From contig JACQWN010000071.1 in the NCBI GenBank assembly GCA_016209245.1, positions 1 through 34,206 of the forward strand: a stretch of DNA of 34,206 bases, given 5' to 3'. This document shows positions 19,741-27,416 of this stretch, in pieces. How positions within the stretch are numbered: position 1 is the stretch's first letter; the number at the start of each line of letters is the position of its first letter. The DNA is from Bacteroidia bacterium (GTDB lineage: Bacteria > Bacteroidota > Bacteroidia > Bacteroidales > BM523). Both the position numbers and the translations under genes were made by a program. The notes under the pieces are model-generated. The model had not been told where the DNA came from. It saw only the letters and a program-made list of their open reading frames with translations, and did not search any database.

Positions 19741-20099
19741 TAATCTTTAACGAAAAATGCTGATTATAACGGATTGCTGTGCTGATTGGTTTTTGTTAAA
19801 CATCTACGATGTATCGAATCTCCAGGTTCGCATTTGCTTTTACAAGACCTGAACCGCTACGCGGTATATTGCCCGTAGGGCATAAGATTTTGTAAAAGCA
19901 TAATGCCAAATTACAATGCATACCTTGTAGAGGTTTAACGTCGAACTGCTCACCACAGATATAGGGCTTTAACCCAAATTTGTGAATAATACAGGTTAAA
20001 TGAAAATATTTTTATTCGGTCAAATTTTTTTAGAAAGAAAGTCTATCAACCGTAAATGGATAATTCCCTCCGAATTATCAAACGAAACGGCATCCTTTG

Positions 20100-20249
20100 T
20101 TACCACTTAAGAAACAATAGATAGCTTTTACCTACCCTTCGCTGCCCCGAAAAAATTTTAATTATATCTTTTCCAAGCAGAGGAATTGCTTTTTGCAAGT
20201 ACGATTCACGGGGAATCATATTTTTCGGGATGTATGTTTCTATTTTCAT
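20100..20249 (-). pseudogene. N-terminal remnant of a DUF4143-type AAA ATPase gene
   Basis: Hand translation: MKIETYIPKNMIPRESYLQKAIPLLGKDIIKIFSGQRRVGKSYLLFLKW then stop. The R..YL......IK...G.RR.GKSYLLF pattern is the typical N-terminus/P-loop of that family, whose members are about 400 aa. Confidence 0.55.
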
Positions 20250-20458
20250 TTTATATATATCTTAAAATAATTACAAAGATATAAAAAGTTTTAAACATAC
20301 AAATAAAATCAGAAAAATAAATTTGGAGAGATTGAGGGAGGATGCTACAATTTTTTATATTTTTATGACTATAAGCATAAAAAGTTAAGAATAATAATTA
20401 TTTTTGTGGCTATAATCCTATGGTGAGCCACGCCGAACTTTTGATTACCCACTCGTTT

Positions 20459-21049
20459 TCATATAGACCCTCTACGAATAAATACTTCGCTTAAATCTAT
20501 TTCCAAATCTTTAAAAATACTAACTTTCACTTTATCTGTATAAGAATATATTTTTCCAGATTGGTATTTACCTTCCTTATCTAATTTGTAAATATGTAAT
20601 AATTCTTCCTCAGGCTGAACAATCCAATATTCTTTAACACCCGCCTCCTGATATAATAAAAATTTTTCATGAATATCTTTCTGTTTTGTAGAAGGGGATA
20701 AGACTTCAACAATTAAATCAGGTGCGCCAAGACATCCTTTATCATCAATTTTTTTGGGATCGCATACTACAACAATATCCGGTTGTACGACAGTATAAAT
20801 ATCTTTATCATCAGTTCCTTTTTTTGGCAGGCGGACATCAAAAGGAGCATAAAAAACTTCACATTTATTTTTTTTTCCTATAAAATTATATATTCTTCCG
20901 AATATAGTTCTTGAAACGCGTTGATGAAAAGTAGATGGAGCAGGGCTCATTTCATATACACGGCCATTTATCAGCTCATAGTATTTTCCATCATCCCATT
21001 TCAGATAATCAGCATACGTATAAAGCTGTGCAGAATCCATAGCTTCCAT
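20459..21049 (-). CDS. Uma2 family (DUF820) endonuclease
   Basis: 196 aa. Motifs YELINGRVYEMSPAPSTFHQ, QPDIVVVC, GAPDLIVEVLSPSTKQKDIHEKFLLYQEAGVKEYWIVQP. Confidence 0.85.
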   Translation of the reverse strand: MEAMDSAQLYTYADYLKWDDGKYYELINGRVYEMSPAPSTFHQRVSRTIFGRIYNFIGKKNKCEVFYAPFDVRLPKKGTDDKDIYTVVQPDIVVVCDPKKIDDKGCLGAPDLIVEVLSPSTKQKDIHEKFLLYQEAGVKEYWIVQPEEELLHIYKLDKEGKYQSGKIYSYTDKVKVSIFKDLEIDLSEVFIRRGSI

Positions 21050-21068
21050 GTTTAGAATTATTATTTAG

Positions 21069-21076
21069 CAAAGATA
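21069..21076 (-). promoter_or_regulatory. Bacteroidota -7 box TATCTTTG (TAnnTTTG) upstream of the Uma2 gene
   Basis: Plus strand CAAAGATA, which is TATCTTTG on the minus strand, 20 nt upstream of the ATG at 21049. Confidence 0.4.
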
Positions 21077-21084
21077 ATACTTTT

Positions 21085-22638
21085 TTACATTTCAACTACA
21101 ATAATCGTTTTCTCATTTTGGGCTACCTCTTCCCATTTTATTCTCTGCTCCCATGAAACTTCGGATGATGGTTTAAGTTCAAACAGAATTAAATAGCCTC
21201 TATTTATTCCAAGAGTATCTAAATAACGGCTGATCTGGTCTAACCCTTCTTCATAAACCCATTTATCATATTTTATTTTAAGTTCCAATACAAAAATATC
21301 ATTTCCGTAATATATTGTCAGGTCGGTTCTACCGCGACCTAGTGCCATTTCGCGTTCAATCCTTCCTCCTGCGTTTATGACCCTTTGCAGAAATGCCATG
21401 AGCATTAATTGGTGCCCGGCTTCACGGTAATTCATCATATTTATCCAATGTTCAGAATGACGACGATAAAATTTCTGGTATTCTTTCAGTAAAGTATCCA
21501 TATCCAAACTGCCGTCGCCCCGTATAAACCAACATAATTCCATCTTTGCGGCTATGCTTTCCTGCACGTCATAATTTAAAGTCCTTGGTATAATTTCCGC
21601 ATAAATCTTATTTGAAAACGTTATTCCGTTTTGAGTTCTTAATATTATACCCAAATCCAGACAATACTGTAAATCATTATTAAAGTTGTCATAGATAAGC
21701 TCTTCACCGTTAATTATAGCTTTAACAATCGGTTTTACCCTTTCTTCCTGTAACTTATCGAGCAAGCTATCGAGATGTGTATCCCTTCGTTGAATGAGGT
21801 TTTCTTTTGCGATGTCAACAATTTCAGGAGTCACCGGTAAGGAATAATCATGCTTCAGAATACGAGCTGTAATTTCGTGTGCCATAGCATTGACAAGCCA
21901 GGGTTGTCCGCCGGTATAATCGTATATTTTGTAAATAGCTTCATCAGGAAAATCTTGTTTTGTTTCACTTATATACTGCCCTAGCAAATCGGTAATATGT
22001 TGCTGTGTGAAATTTTTCAACATAAAAGATTCAGCTTTGATATTGAACGGCGAACCGGAACCTAATGACAATTCCGGCTTCCTGATTTTTTGCTTGTAAT
22101 CCCGGATATCACGTAAACCGACTAATGCAACAGAAACAGGAAATTTATCAGGTCTGAGAGTAAATCCGCTTCGCAATTGTCGTAATACGGATATCAAAAT
22201 TTTATCAATAAGCGAATCAATTTCATCAACAAGTAAAACTATTTTTTTTGGCATACTGCCCGACCATTCGACCAAATAATCTTTCAATGATTTATTTTTA
22301 AATGCTTCCGGTTCAGGTGGTAAATATTCTTTTGATAAAACAAGCGTCGAAGCATCATATAATGCTTTGAGCATTTTCTGATTAGCTGATTTTTCAGATA
22401 TACCCGGTACGCCGGCTTCTTCGACTGTAAATGTTACGGCAATATAGTTACCTTCATCGTTAATATTTTTTGCTAAAGAATGAAGCAAGGTTGTCTTCCC
22501 TGATTGACGTGGTGCATGAATTAAGAAATACTGTTTGTTTTGGATAAGAGAATATATTTCCTCTTTTAAACCCCGTAAAGGTTCAACCATATAATGCCAT
22601 TCAGGGCGGCAATGTCCGGTAGTATTAAATATTCGCAT
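21085..22638 (-). CDS. AAA-type ATPase fused to a C-terminal PD-(D/E)xK (PDDEXK_9/DUF1703-like) nuclease domain
   Basis: 517 aa. Walker A HAPRQSGKTTLL, Walker B-like IVLLVDEIDSL, C-terminal GRGRTDLTIYYGNDIFVLELKIK (D...ELK nuclease motif). Confidence 0.8.
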   Translation of the reverse strand: MRIFNTTGHCRPEWHYMVEPLRGLKEEIYSLIQNKQYFLIHAPRQSGKTTLLHSLAKNINDEGNYIAVTFTVEEAGVPGISEKSANQKMLKALYDASTLVLSKEYLPPEPEAFKNKSLKDYLVEWSGSMPKKIVLLVDEIDSLIDKILISVLRQLRSGFTLRPDKFPVSVALVGLRDIRDYKQKIRKPELSLGSGSPFNIKAESFMLKNFTQQHITDLLGQYISETKQDFPDEAIYKIYDYTGGQPWLVNAMAHEITARILKHDYSLPVTPEIVDIAKENLIQRRDTHLDSLLDKLQEERVKPIVKAIINGEELIYDNFNNDLQYCLDLGIILRTQNGITFSNKIYAEIIPRTLNYDVQESIAAKMELCWFIRGDGSLDMDTLLKEYQKFYRRHSEHWINMMNYREAGHQLMLMAFLQRVINAGGRIEREMALGRGRTDLTIYYGNDIFVLELKIKYDKWVYEEGLDQISRYLDTLGINRGYLILFELKPSSEVSWEQRIKWEEVAQNEKTIIVVEM

Positions 22639-22654
22639 GTCTTAATATTTTTTA

Positions 22655-22662
22655 CAAAAGTA
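22655..22662 (-). promoter_or_regulatory. -7 box TACTTTTG (TAnnTTTG) upstream of the ATPase gene
   Basis: Plus strand CAAAAGTA, 17 nt upstream of the ATG at 22638. Confidence 0.35.
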
Positions 22663-22755
22663 ATGATTTTCATCTAATAAAAAAGTCCCGAATTCTGTGT
22701 CGCTTATAAACCTGAATAATTCATAGCGCAGCACAAGGCTGCAAACAAAAAATAA

Positions 22756-24363
22756 TCAATGCTCAATAATTAATAGAGCATAAATTATTTGCTTGCCTGT
22801 ATTAATACAAACAATATAAGTTCCGTCAGCAACATCTTTAATATCAAGCGGCTCATACGAACTAACTATATTGGTCTTAATAATTTCATTCCCAAGGATA
22901 TCATATATAGATATAAATGATTTCTCAGCGCCTGAAATGCTCACATAATCGGCAGCGGGATTTGGAAATATTCTTATATCGGTTTTTCCAGCTAATTCAT
23001 CTATATCTACTAAAGTTGAGCTTATCTGAATATCATCAACCATAAAAATGAATGCATCGCTTGAAACGCATTGAATAGCAATATAAACAGGTTGATTATC
23101 ATAAGCGGAAAGGTCATAGTTTGCCTGTGTCCATGTAATTGGTGCTTCAATATAGCTTCCGGTGGAAATGAATGTAAAGCTTGCAGGGTCGTTATTTGTG
23201 GTGGAAATACCAACTTTATATCGTTCAAGACCCCATGTATTTTTATAAGTTTTTACCCAAAAGCTTAATGAAGTGTTGGTACCAAGCTCCAGTCGCGGTG
23301 ATATAATCCAGTCGTGGTTAGGCAAGTAGTCGGTTAGCTCACTGAAACAGGCGCCAAATCTTTGCCCGCCATGTGGTTGTAATGCGGCATCACCAGAGGC
23401 AGAGGGAATGGTTTGTGAAGGATTAAAAGCCATAAAAGCGCCGGTTCCGCCTTCATTGGCAAAATCATAATCATTTGAACCGTATTGAGTCTCTCCATCC
23501 TGGTCATTAACAGTCCATGGCTCAAAGTCGTATGAAAAATCAACGCAACTCTCAAAATTTAATGAAAACCCTGCCGACATTGTCAAAACTGTAATATATC
23601 CGGTTTTAGTCTCAGTATCACTTTGTGTGCCATCGGAAACAGTCAGACTGACATCATAAGTCCCGGGCGTAGTATAAGTAACACTTGGATTTTCTAACGT
23701 TGATGATGATGGATTTACTCCCTGAAATGTCCATGTCCATTGAGTCGTATTTAATATAGTTGTATTAGTAATCTGGATTGTTTCGTTAACTACCAGCTTC
23801 TTTTTACTAGATATAAATTCAGCATCAAATGTTAATGGCGGACAACCCGAAGCCCCGGAATAAAGCTCGGAAGCTGAAACAGCACCAATTTCATTGGTTA
23901 TTCTATTCGGACATATTAAATATACTGTAGGAAAATAAGTTATTTGATATAAATCGGCAATTGTAGCATTATCAATTATAGGGTAAGGTGTCCCTGTTAC
24001 CCAATCTCCTTGCGTATTGGTGCCTGTTCCCTGCAAATCGGCGAGAGTAGTGGTAGCATCGCCTTCGATAAAAAATACCATCAATTCATTTGTGCCCGGA
24101 GGACCATATTGATTATATAAATCTCTTAAAGCATGCGAATTGTGATAGTTCCAGCAAGGACTGCACCATGTAGCAAAAATATCCATAATAACCGGTTTAC
24201 CATCATTCAGATAATCATAAAGATGATAAGTATTACCATTAATATCGGTAGCAGTAAAATCGGGGCCGGTGCTCCCGTTCGGTAATTGACTGTATAAATT
24301 ATTTATACAAGCTGCTATTACCAGTTTAACATAAATAAAAACATATAACTTCTTCATAAACAT
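22756..24363 (-). CDS. Secreted thioredoxin-like (TlpA/redoxin) - PKD - choice-of-anchor-J-like fusion protein with T9SS CTD
   Basis: 535 aa with signal peptide. Redoxin motif GKPVIMDIFATWCSPCW. PKD-like PSVTYTTPGTYDVSLTVSDGTQSD. Middle domain W.VNDQDG...NDWIISPRLELGTNTSLSFWVKTY...ERYKVGISTT. CTD IRIFPNPAADYVSISG...DGTYIVCINTG. Confidence 0.85.
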   Translation of the reverse strand: MFMKKLYVFIYVKLVIAACINNLYSQLPNGSTGPDFTATDINGNTYHLYDYLNDGKPVIMDIFATWCSPCWNYHNSHALRDLYNQYGPPGTNELMVFFIEGDATTTLADLQGTGTNTQGDWVTGTPYPIIDNATIADLYQITYFPTVYLICPNRITNEIGAVSASELYSGASGCPPLTFDAEFISSKKKLVVNETIQITNTTILNTTQWTWTFQGVNPSSSTLENPSVTYTTPGTYDVSLTVSDGTQSDTETKTGYITVLTMSAGFSLNFESCVDFSYDFEPWTVNDQDGETQYGSNDYDFANEGGTGAFMAFNPSQTIPSASGDAALQPHGGQRFGACFSELTDYLPNHDWIISPRLELGTNTSLSFWVKTYKNTWGLERYKVGISTTNNDPASFTFISTGSYIEAPITWTQANYDLSAYDNQPVYIAIQCVSSDAFIFMVDDIQISSTLVDIDELAGKTDIRIFPNPAADYVSISGAEKSFISIYDILGNEIIKTNIVSSYEPLDIKDVADGTYIVCINTGKQIIYALLIIEH

Positions 24364-24897
24364 TAAGTTTTAAAATTTCAGGAAAAATATTAATTTATTT
24401 ATTAACGAAAATAAAAAATATACAAATTCTTTATATTATTAGACATTTGCAAGGGAAAAAGGAATAGAAATCCCGTATCTTTTCAGAGTTTTACATATCT
24501 GAAAATAAAGGAATTCATATTCTTTTGAATTCTTTGATTGTTCCATGTTTTATCCAGTTTTTAATTTCAGTCATTTAATATTAAAATAGAAATTAAATTG
24601 CATACATAAATTTATTTATTTATTGTACAAAATTATAACTAAATTTATGTTTATAACTTTGTCAATAATTTTATATAATTATTAATATTTCTACTTGCAA
24701 ATAAATAACAGCAAATTCTATGTTCAATTTTTTCTGTTTTCAAAATATATTCTTTCAAATTTTATTAATAATAGTTTTATATGTTATGAACATAAATATT
24801 TTATTTTAAAAAAAATTTTTTTAACAAGCTGATTTATTAACAATTTGTTGATATAACAGGTAAAATATTATTTATCAATATATATAATATGTTAATT

Positions 24898-24913
24898 CAG
24901 TGTTAAAACACTG
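24898..24913. promoter_or_regulatory. Perfect palindrome CAGTGTTAAAACACTG upstream of nadA (possible operator)
   Basis: 7-bp arms CAGTGTT/AACACTG, about 110 nt upstream of the nadA ATG, within a 660-bp AT-rich intergenic region. Confidence 0.3.
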
Positions 24914-25022
24914 TTCTTTATTTATTATTTTTTAAAAAAACAAATAATTTTGAAAAAAATTATACCGTTATTAACAGACATTATTATTCTTATATAATAA
25001 ATTTTTTTAAATATAAATAAAA

Positions 25023-26000
25023 ATGATAGATGTTAATAGTTTATCGGAAAAAGGATTTTTAGATATCAGCATAGATAAAAATATTAATTTAACTGATGAA
25101 ATCAACAAACTGAGAAAAGAAAAGAAAGCAATTATTCTTGCACATTATTATCAAAAAGGTGAGATACAGGATATAGCTGATTTTGTCGGGGATAGTCTTC
25201 AATTATCGCAGCAGGCATCGCAAACGGATGCTAAAATAATTGTATTTACTGGTGTTCATTTTATGGCTGAAACAGCCAAGATTTTATCGCCGGGAAAAAA
25301 AGTAATATTACCTGATTTAAAAGCGGGATGTTCGCTTGCAGAATCTGCGCCTGTGGCTCAATTCAGAGAATTTTTAAGGAATTATCCTGAACATATTGTA
25401 ATTACATATATAAATACTTCGGCAGCAATTAAAGCATTATCTGATATTTGTTGTACATCGTCGAATGCTGTTAAAATCGTCAATAGCTTTCCTGGAGAAC
25501 AAAAGATAATTTTTGCACCGGATAAAAATTTGGGTAATTATATAAACTGCCTTACAGGCAGAAATATGGTACTTTGGAATGGCGCCTGCCATGTTCATGA
25601 AGAATTCTCGTTGGAAAAAATACTGGAATTAAAAGCGCAATATCAGGAAGCAAAAATAATTGCACATCCTGAATGTAAAAAACCTGTAAGAATTGTTGCA
25701 GATTATATTGGCTCAACAGCAGCATTGCTGAATTATACAAAGCAGGATAATTGCAGCACTTATATTATTGCTACCGAATCGGGTATTATTCATCAGATGA
25801 AGAAAGCCAATCCTGATAAAATATTTATACCTGCACCGCCTAAAGATTCTACTTGCGGTTGCAGCGATTGTAATTATATGAAGCTAAATACGCTTGAAAA
25901 GCTGTATATATGTTTAAAATATGAGCTTCCTGAAATAATATTAGATGAAGATATCAGAAAAAAAGCGGAAGTTCCGATTAAGCGTATGTTAGAGTTATAG
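25023..26000 (+). CDS. nadA: Quinolinate synthase NadA
   Basis: 325 aa. Motifs ILAHYYQ, IQDIADFVGDSLQLS, GVHFMAETAKILSP.KKV.LPD..AGCSLA, and later conserved Cys residues (CHVHEEF, TCGCSDCNYMK). Confidence 0.95.
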   Translation: MIDVNSLSEKGFLDISIDKNINLTDEINKLRKEKKAIILAHYYQKGEIQDIADFVGDSLQLSQQASQTDAKIIVFTGVHFMAETAKILSPGKKVILPDLKAGCSLAESAPVAQFREFLRNYPEHIVITYINTSAAIKALSDICCTSSNAVKIVNSFPGEQKIIFAPDKNLGNYINCLTGRNMVLWNGACHVHEEFSLEKILELKAQYQEAKIIAHPECKKPVRIVADYIGSTAALLNYTKQDNCSTYIIATESGIIHQMKKANPDKIFIPAPPKDSTCGCSDCNYMKLNTLEKLYICLKYELPEIILDEDIRKKAEVPIKRMLEL

Positions 26001-26025
26001 TGTCTGTCTATAATGTCGCGTAGAA

Positions 26026-26105
26026 ACTCATCGGATGACTTATTTATTAAGGATATCATGCAATTCAAGCTAATAATCAATTAATTAGAAAGTCATCCGA
26101 TGAGT
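26026..26105. terminator. 16-bp perfect inverted repeat (48-nt spacer) between convergent genes; bidirectional terminator candidate
   Basis: ACTCATCGGATGACTT (26026..26041) pairs with AAGTCATCCGATGAGT (26090..26105). An outer 7-bp pair TGTCTGT (26001..26007) / ACAGACA (26129..26135) encloses it. Confidence 0.45.
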
Positions 26106-26198
26106 AAAGCTACTAAATTGCCAATTTTACAGACAAACTCTGCTGTGATTTTTTTGAAACACCTCTAACTATAGATTATACAGGTACATAAAATATAT

Positions 26199-26465
26199 CT
26201 ATATTACCATATTGCAAACCATTGTATAGTGAGGCGGAAGCGAATCGGAAGGGTAAACAATAAAAGTACCATCGTGACGAAATTCATATACTAACGTAGT
26301 CGGTTCATAGCTTATATTTTCACCGTGGTCAACGAACGACTCCATTTTCCATTGTGTTCTGACCAGAAAATTTTCTTTTGAAGGCAGAAATGAACAGTCT
26401 TTTTTACATGCGGATATAAGAAATAAAAAGAACAAAAATAATATATAAGAATATTTATTTGCCAT
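26199..26465 (-). CDS. Small lipoprotein, lipocalin-like
   Basis: 88 aa. Lipobox-like LFLISAC. ATG overlaps the stop of the upstream gene (TAATG). Confidence 0.6.
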   Translation of the reverse strand: MANKYSYILFLFFLFLISACKKDCSFLPSKENFLVRTQWKMESFVDHGENISYEPTTLVYEFRHDGTFIVYPSDSLPPHYTMVCNMVI

Positions 26466-27262
26466 TATTGATATTTACTGTATTTTGATTTAACATTTTT
26501 CAAAACCATTATTTTCGGAAGATAACCTAATTCAACTGTAGTAAGAAATTCTCGGTTAGTTATGTAATTTCCAACACATCCGATTTGAACATTTAATTCA
26601 AATTCATTTTGAAGATATTTCGTTTTAGCGGAGCTTATATCTTCTTTTGATATGATGAACAAGCCACATATTGCATAAGATTTACTTATATTATTTTTAT
26701 ATTCAAGAAGTTCATTAAAAATTTGTATTCGTTCCTTATAGCGTAAAATGATGTTAAACGCCCAGTTTTCTTTTGTTACTATTCCGCCGCGTCCTACATA
26801 TATTGCATCAACACCCGATGCCTCTTTTAAAAGTGTAATAGCGGCTTTGACTGTTGTATCAGATATCTTTATATCTATTTCCGGGGCTGCAAAAGGTTCT
26901 TCACTTTCCGAAATACTTTTCTTGATAATAATAATCTTATCGCTGATGCCAAGAGATTTTAAAATCTCACAGATAATATTTTTCACTTCTGACGATTTAA
27001 CATCGTGATAGAAATTATTTCCTAATGTTTTGTTTTTCGCGTCCGGTATAACGTGCCGGTAAATTAAAGTTTGTAAATCCCATTGAGCTGATTTCCCGGT
27101 ATAGTCATTATATTTTTTTATTTTTAAATCTTCTTCCGGTAAATTTATAGCATCAATCAATGCATTGATTATATTTCCTTTTTGAATTTCTCCTTCGTAT
27201 TGTAATTCTGCATTTTCAAAATATGCTAAAACAGAGTTTTGATCTCCTTCATAGCTTATCAT
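26465..27262 (-). CDS. Hypothetical protein with an XseA-like VGRGG...WAFN motif
   Basis: The listed ORF (26465..27331) starts at GTG inside a duplicated intergenic element. The first ATG (MISYEGDQ...) at 27262 is the more likely start, giving 265 aa. DAIYVGRGGIVTKENWAFN resembles exonuclease VII large-subunit DVLIVGRGGGSLEDLWAFN, but no GHExD follows. Confidence 0.55.
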   Translation of the reverse strand: MISYEGDQNSVLAYFENAELQYEGEIQKGNIINALIDAINLPEEDLKIKKYNDYTGKSAQWDLQTLIYRHVIPDAKNKTLGNNFYHDVKSSEVKNIICEILKSLGISDKIIIIKKSISESEEPFAAPEIDIKISDTTVKAAITLLKEASGVDAIYVGRGGIVTKENWAFNIILRYKERIQIFNELLEYKNNISKSYAICGLFIISKEDISSAKTKYLQNEFELNVQIGCVGNYITNREFLTTVELGYLPKIMVLKNVKSKYSKYQ

Positions 27263-27304
27263 TTCTTCTGAGAATATGAAATATGAAAGAAATAAGCTGA
27301 ATAG

Positions 27305-27366
27305 TTGGGGTTGAAAGTATATTTTACCCACATGTATTCATATAGAACCATAATTTTTCAATATAA
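27305..27366. repeat. Copy of a ~60-nt segment duplicated at 31552..31616
   Basis: 27 nt identical (TTGGGGTTGAAAGTATATTTTACCCAC, 27305..27331 = 31552..31578), then about 80% similarity (TTCATATAGAAYCATAATT...TTCAAT). Confidence 0.65.
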
Positions 27367-27416
27367 TTATAAATTTATATGTATTTTTATCACCGGTTTT
27401 GATTAGTTAGTATATT

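Noticed and set aside
19826-19906. Possible CRISPR repeat / anti-repeat (tracrRNA-like) pair
   Set aside because: Only one inverted pair is present, with no repeat-spacer periodicity, and no cas genes are in the window.
24439-24546. 35-codon minus-strand ORF (MEQSKNSKEYEFLYFQICKTLKRYGISIPFSLANV) in the nadA upstream spacer
   Set aside because: It has no motif, no conservation evidence is available, and it is short enough to arise by chance in AT-rich DNA.
27263-27331. GTG-initiated 23-codon N-terminal extension of ORF 26465..27331
   Set aside because: The extension is the translation of the duplicated intergenic element (identical to 31552..31578). The first ATG at 27262 is the more plausible start.
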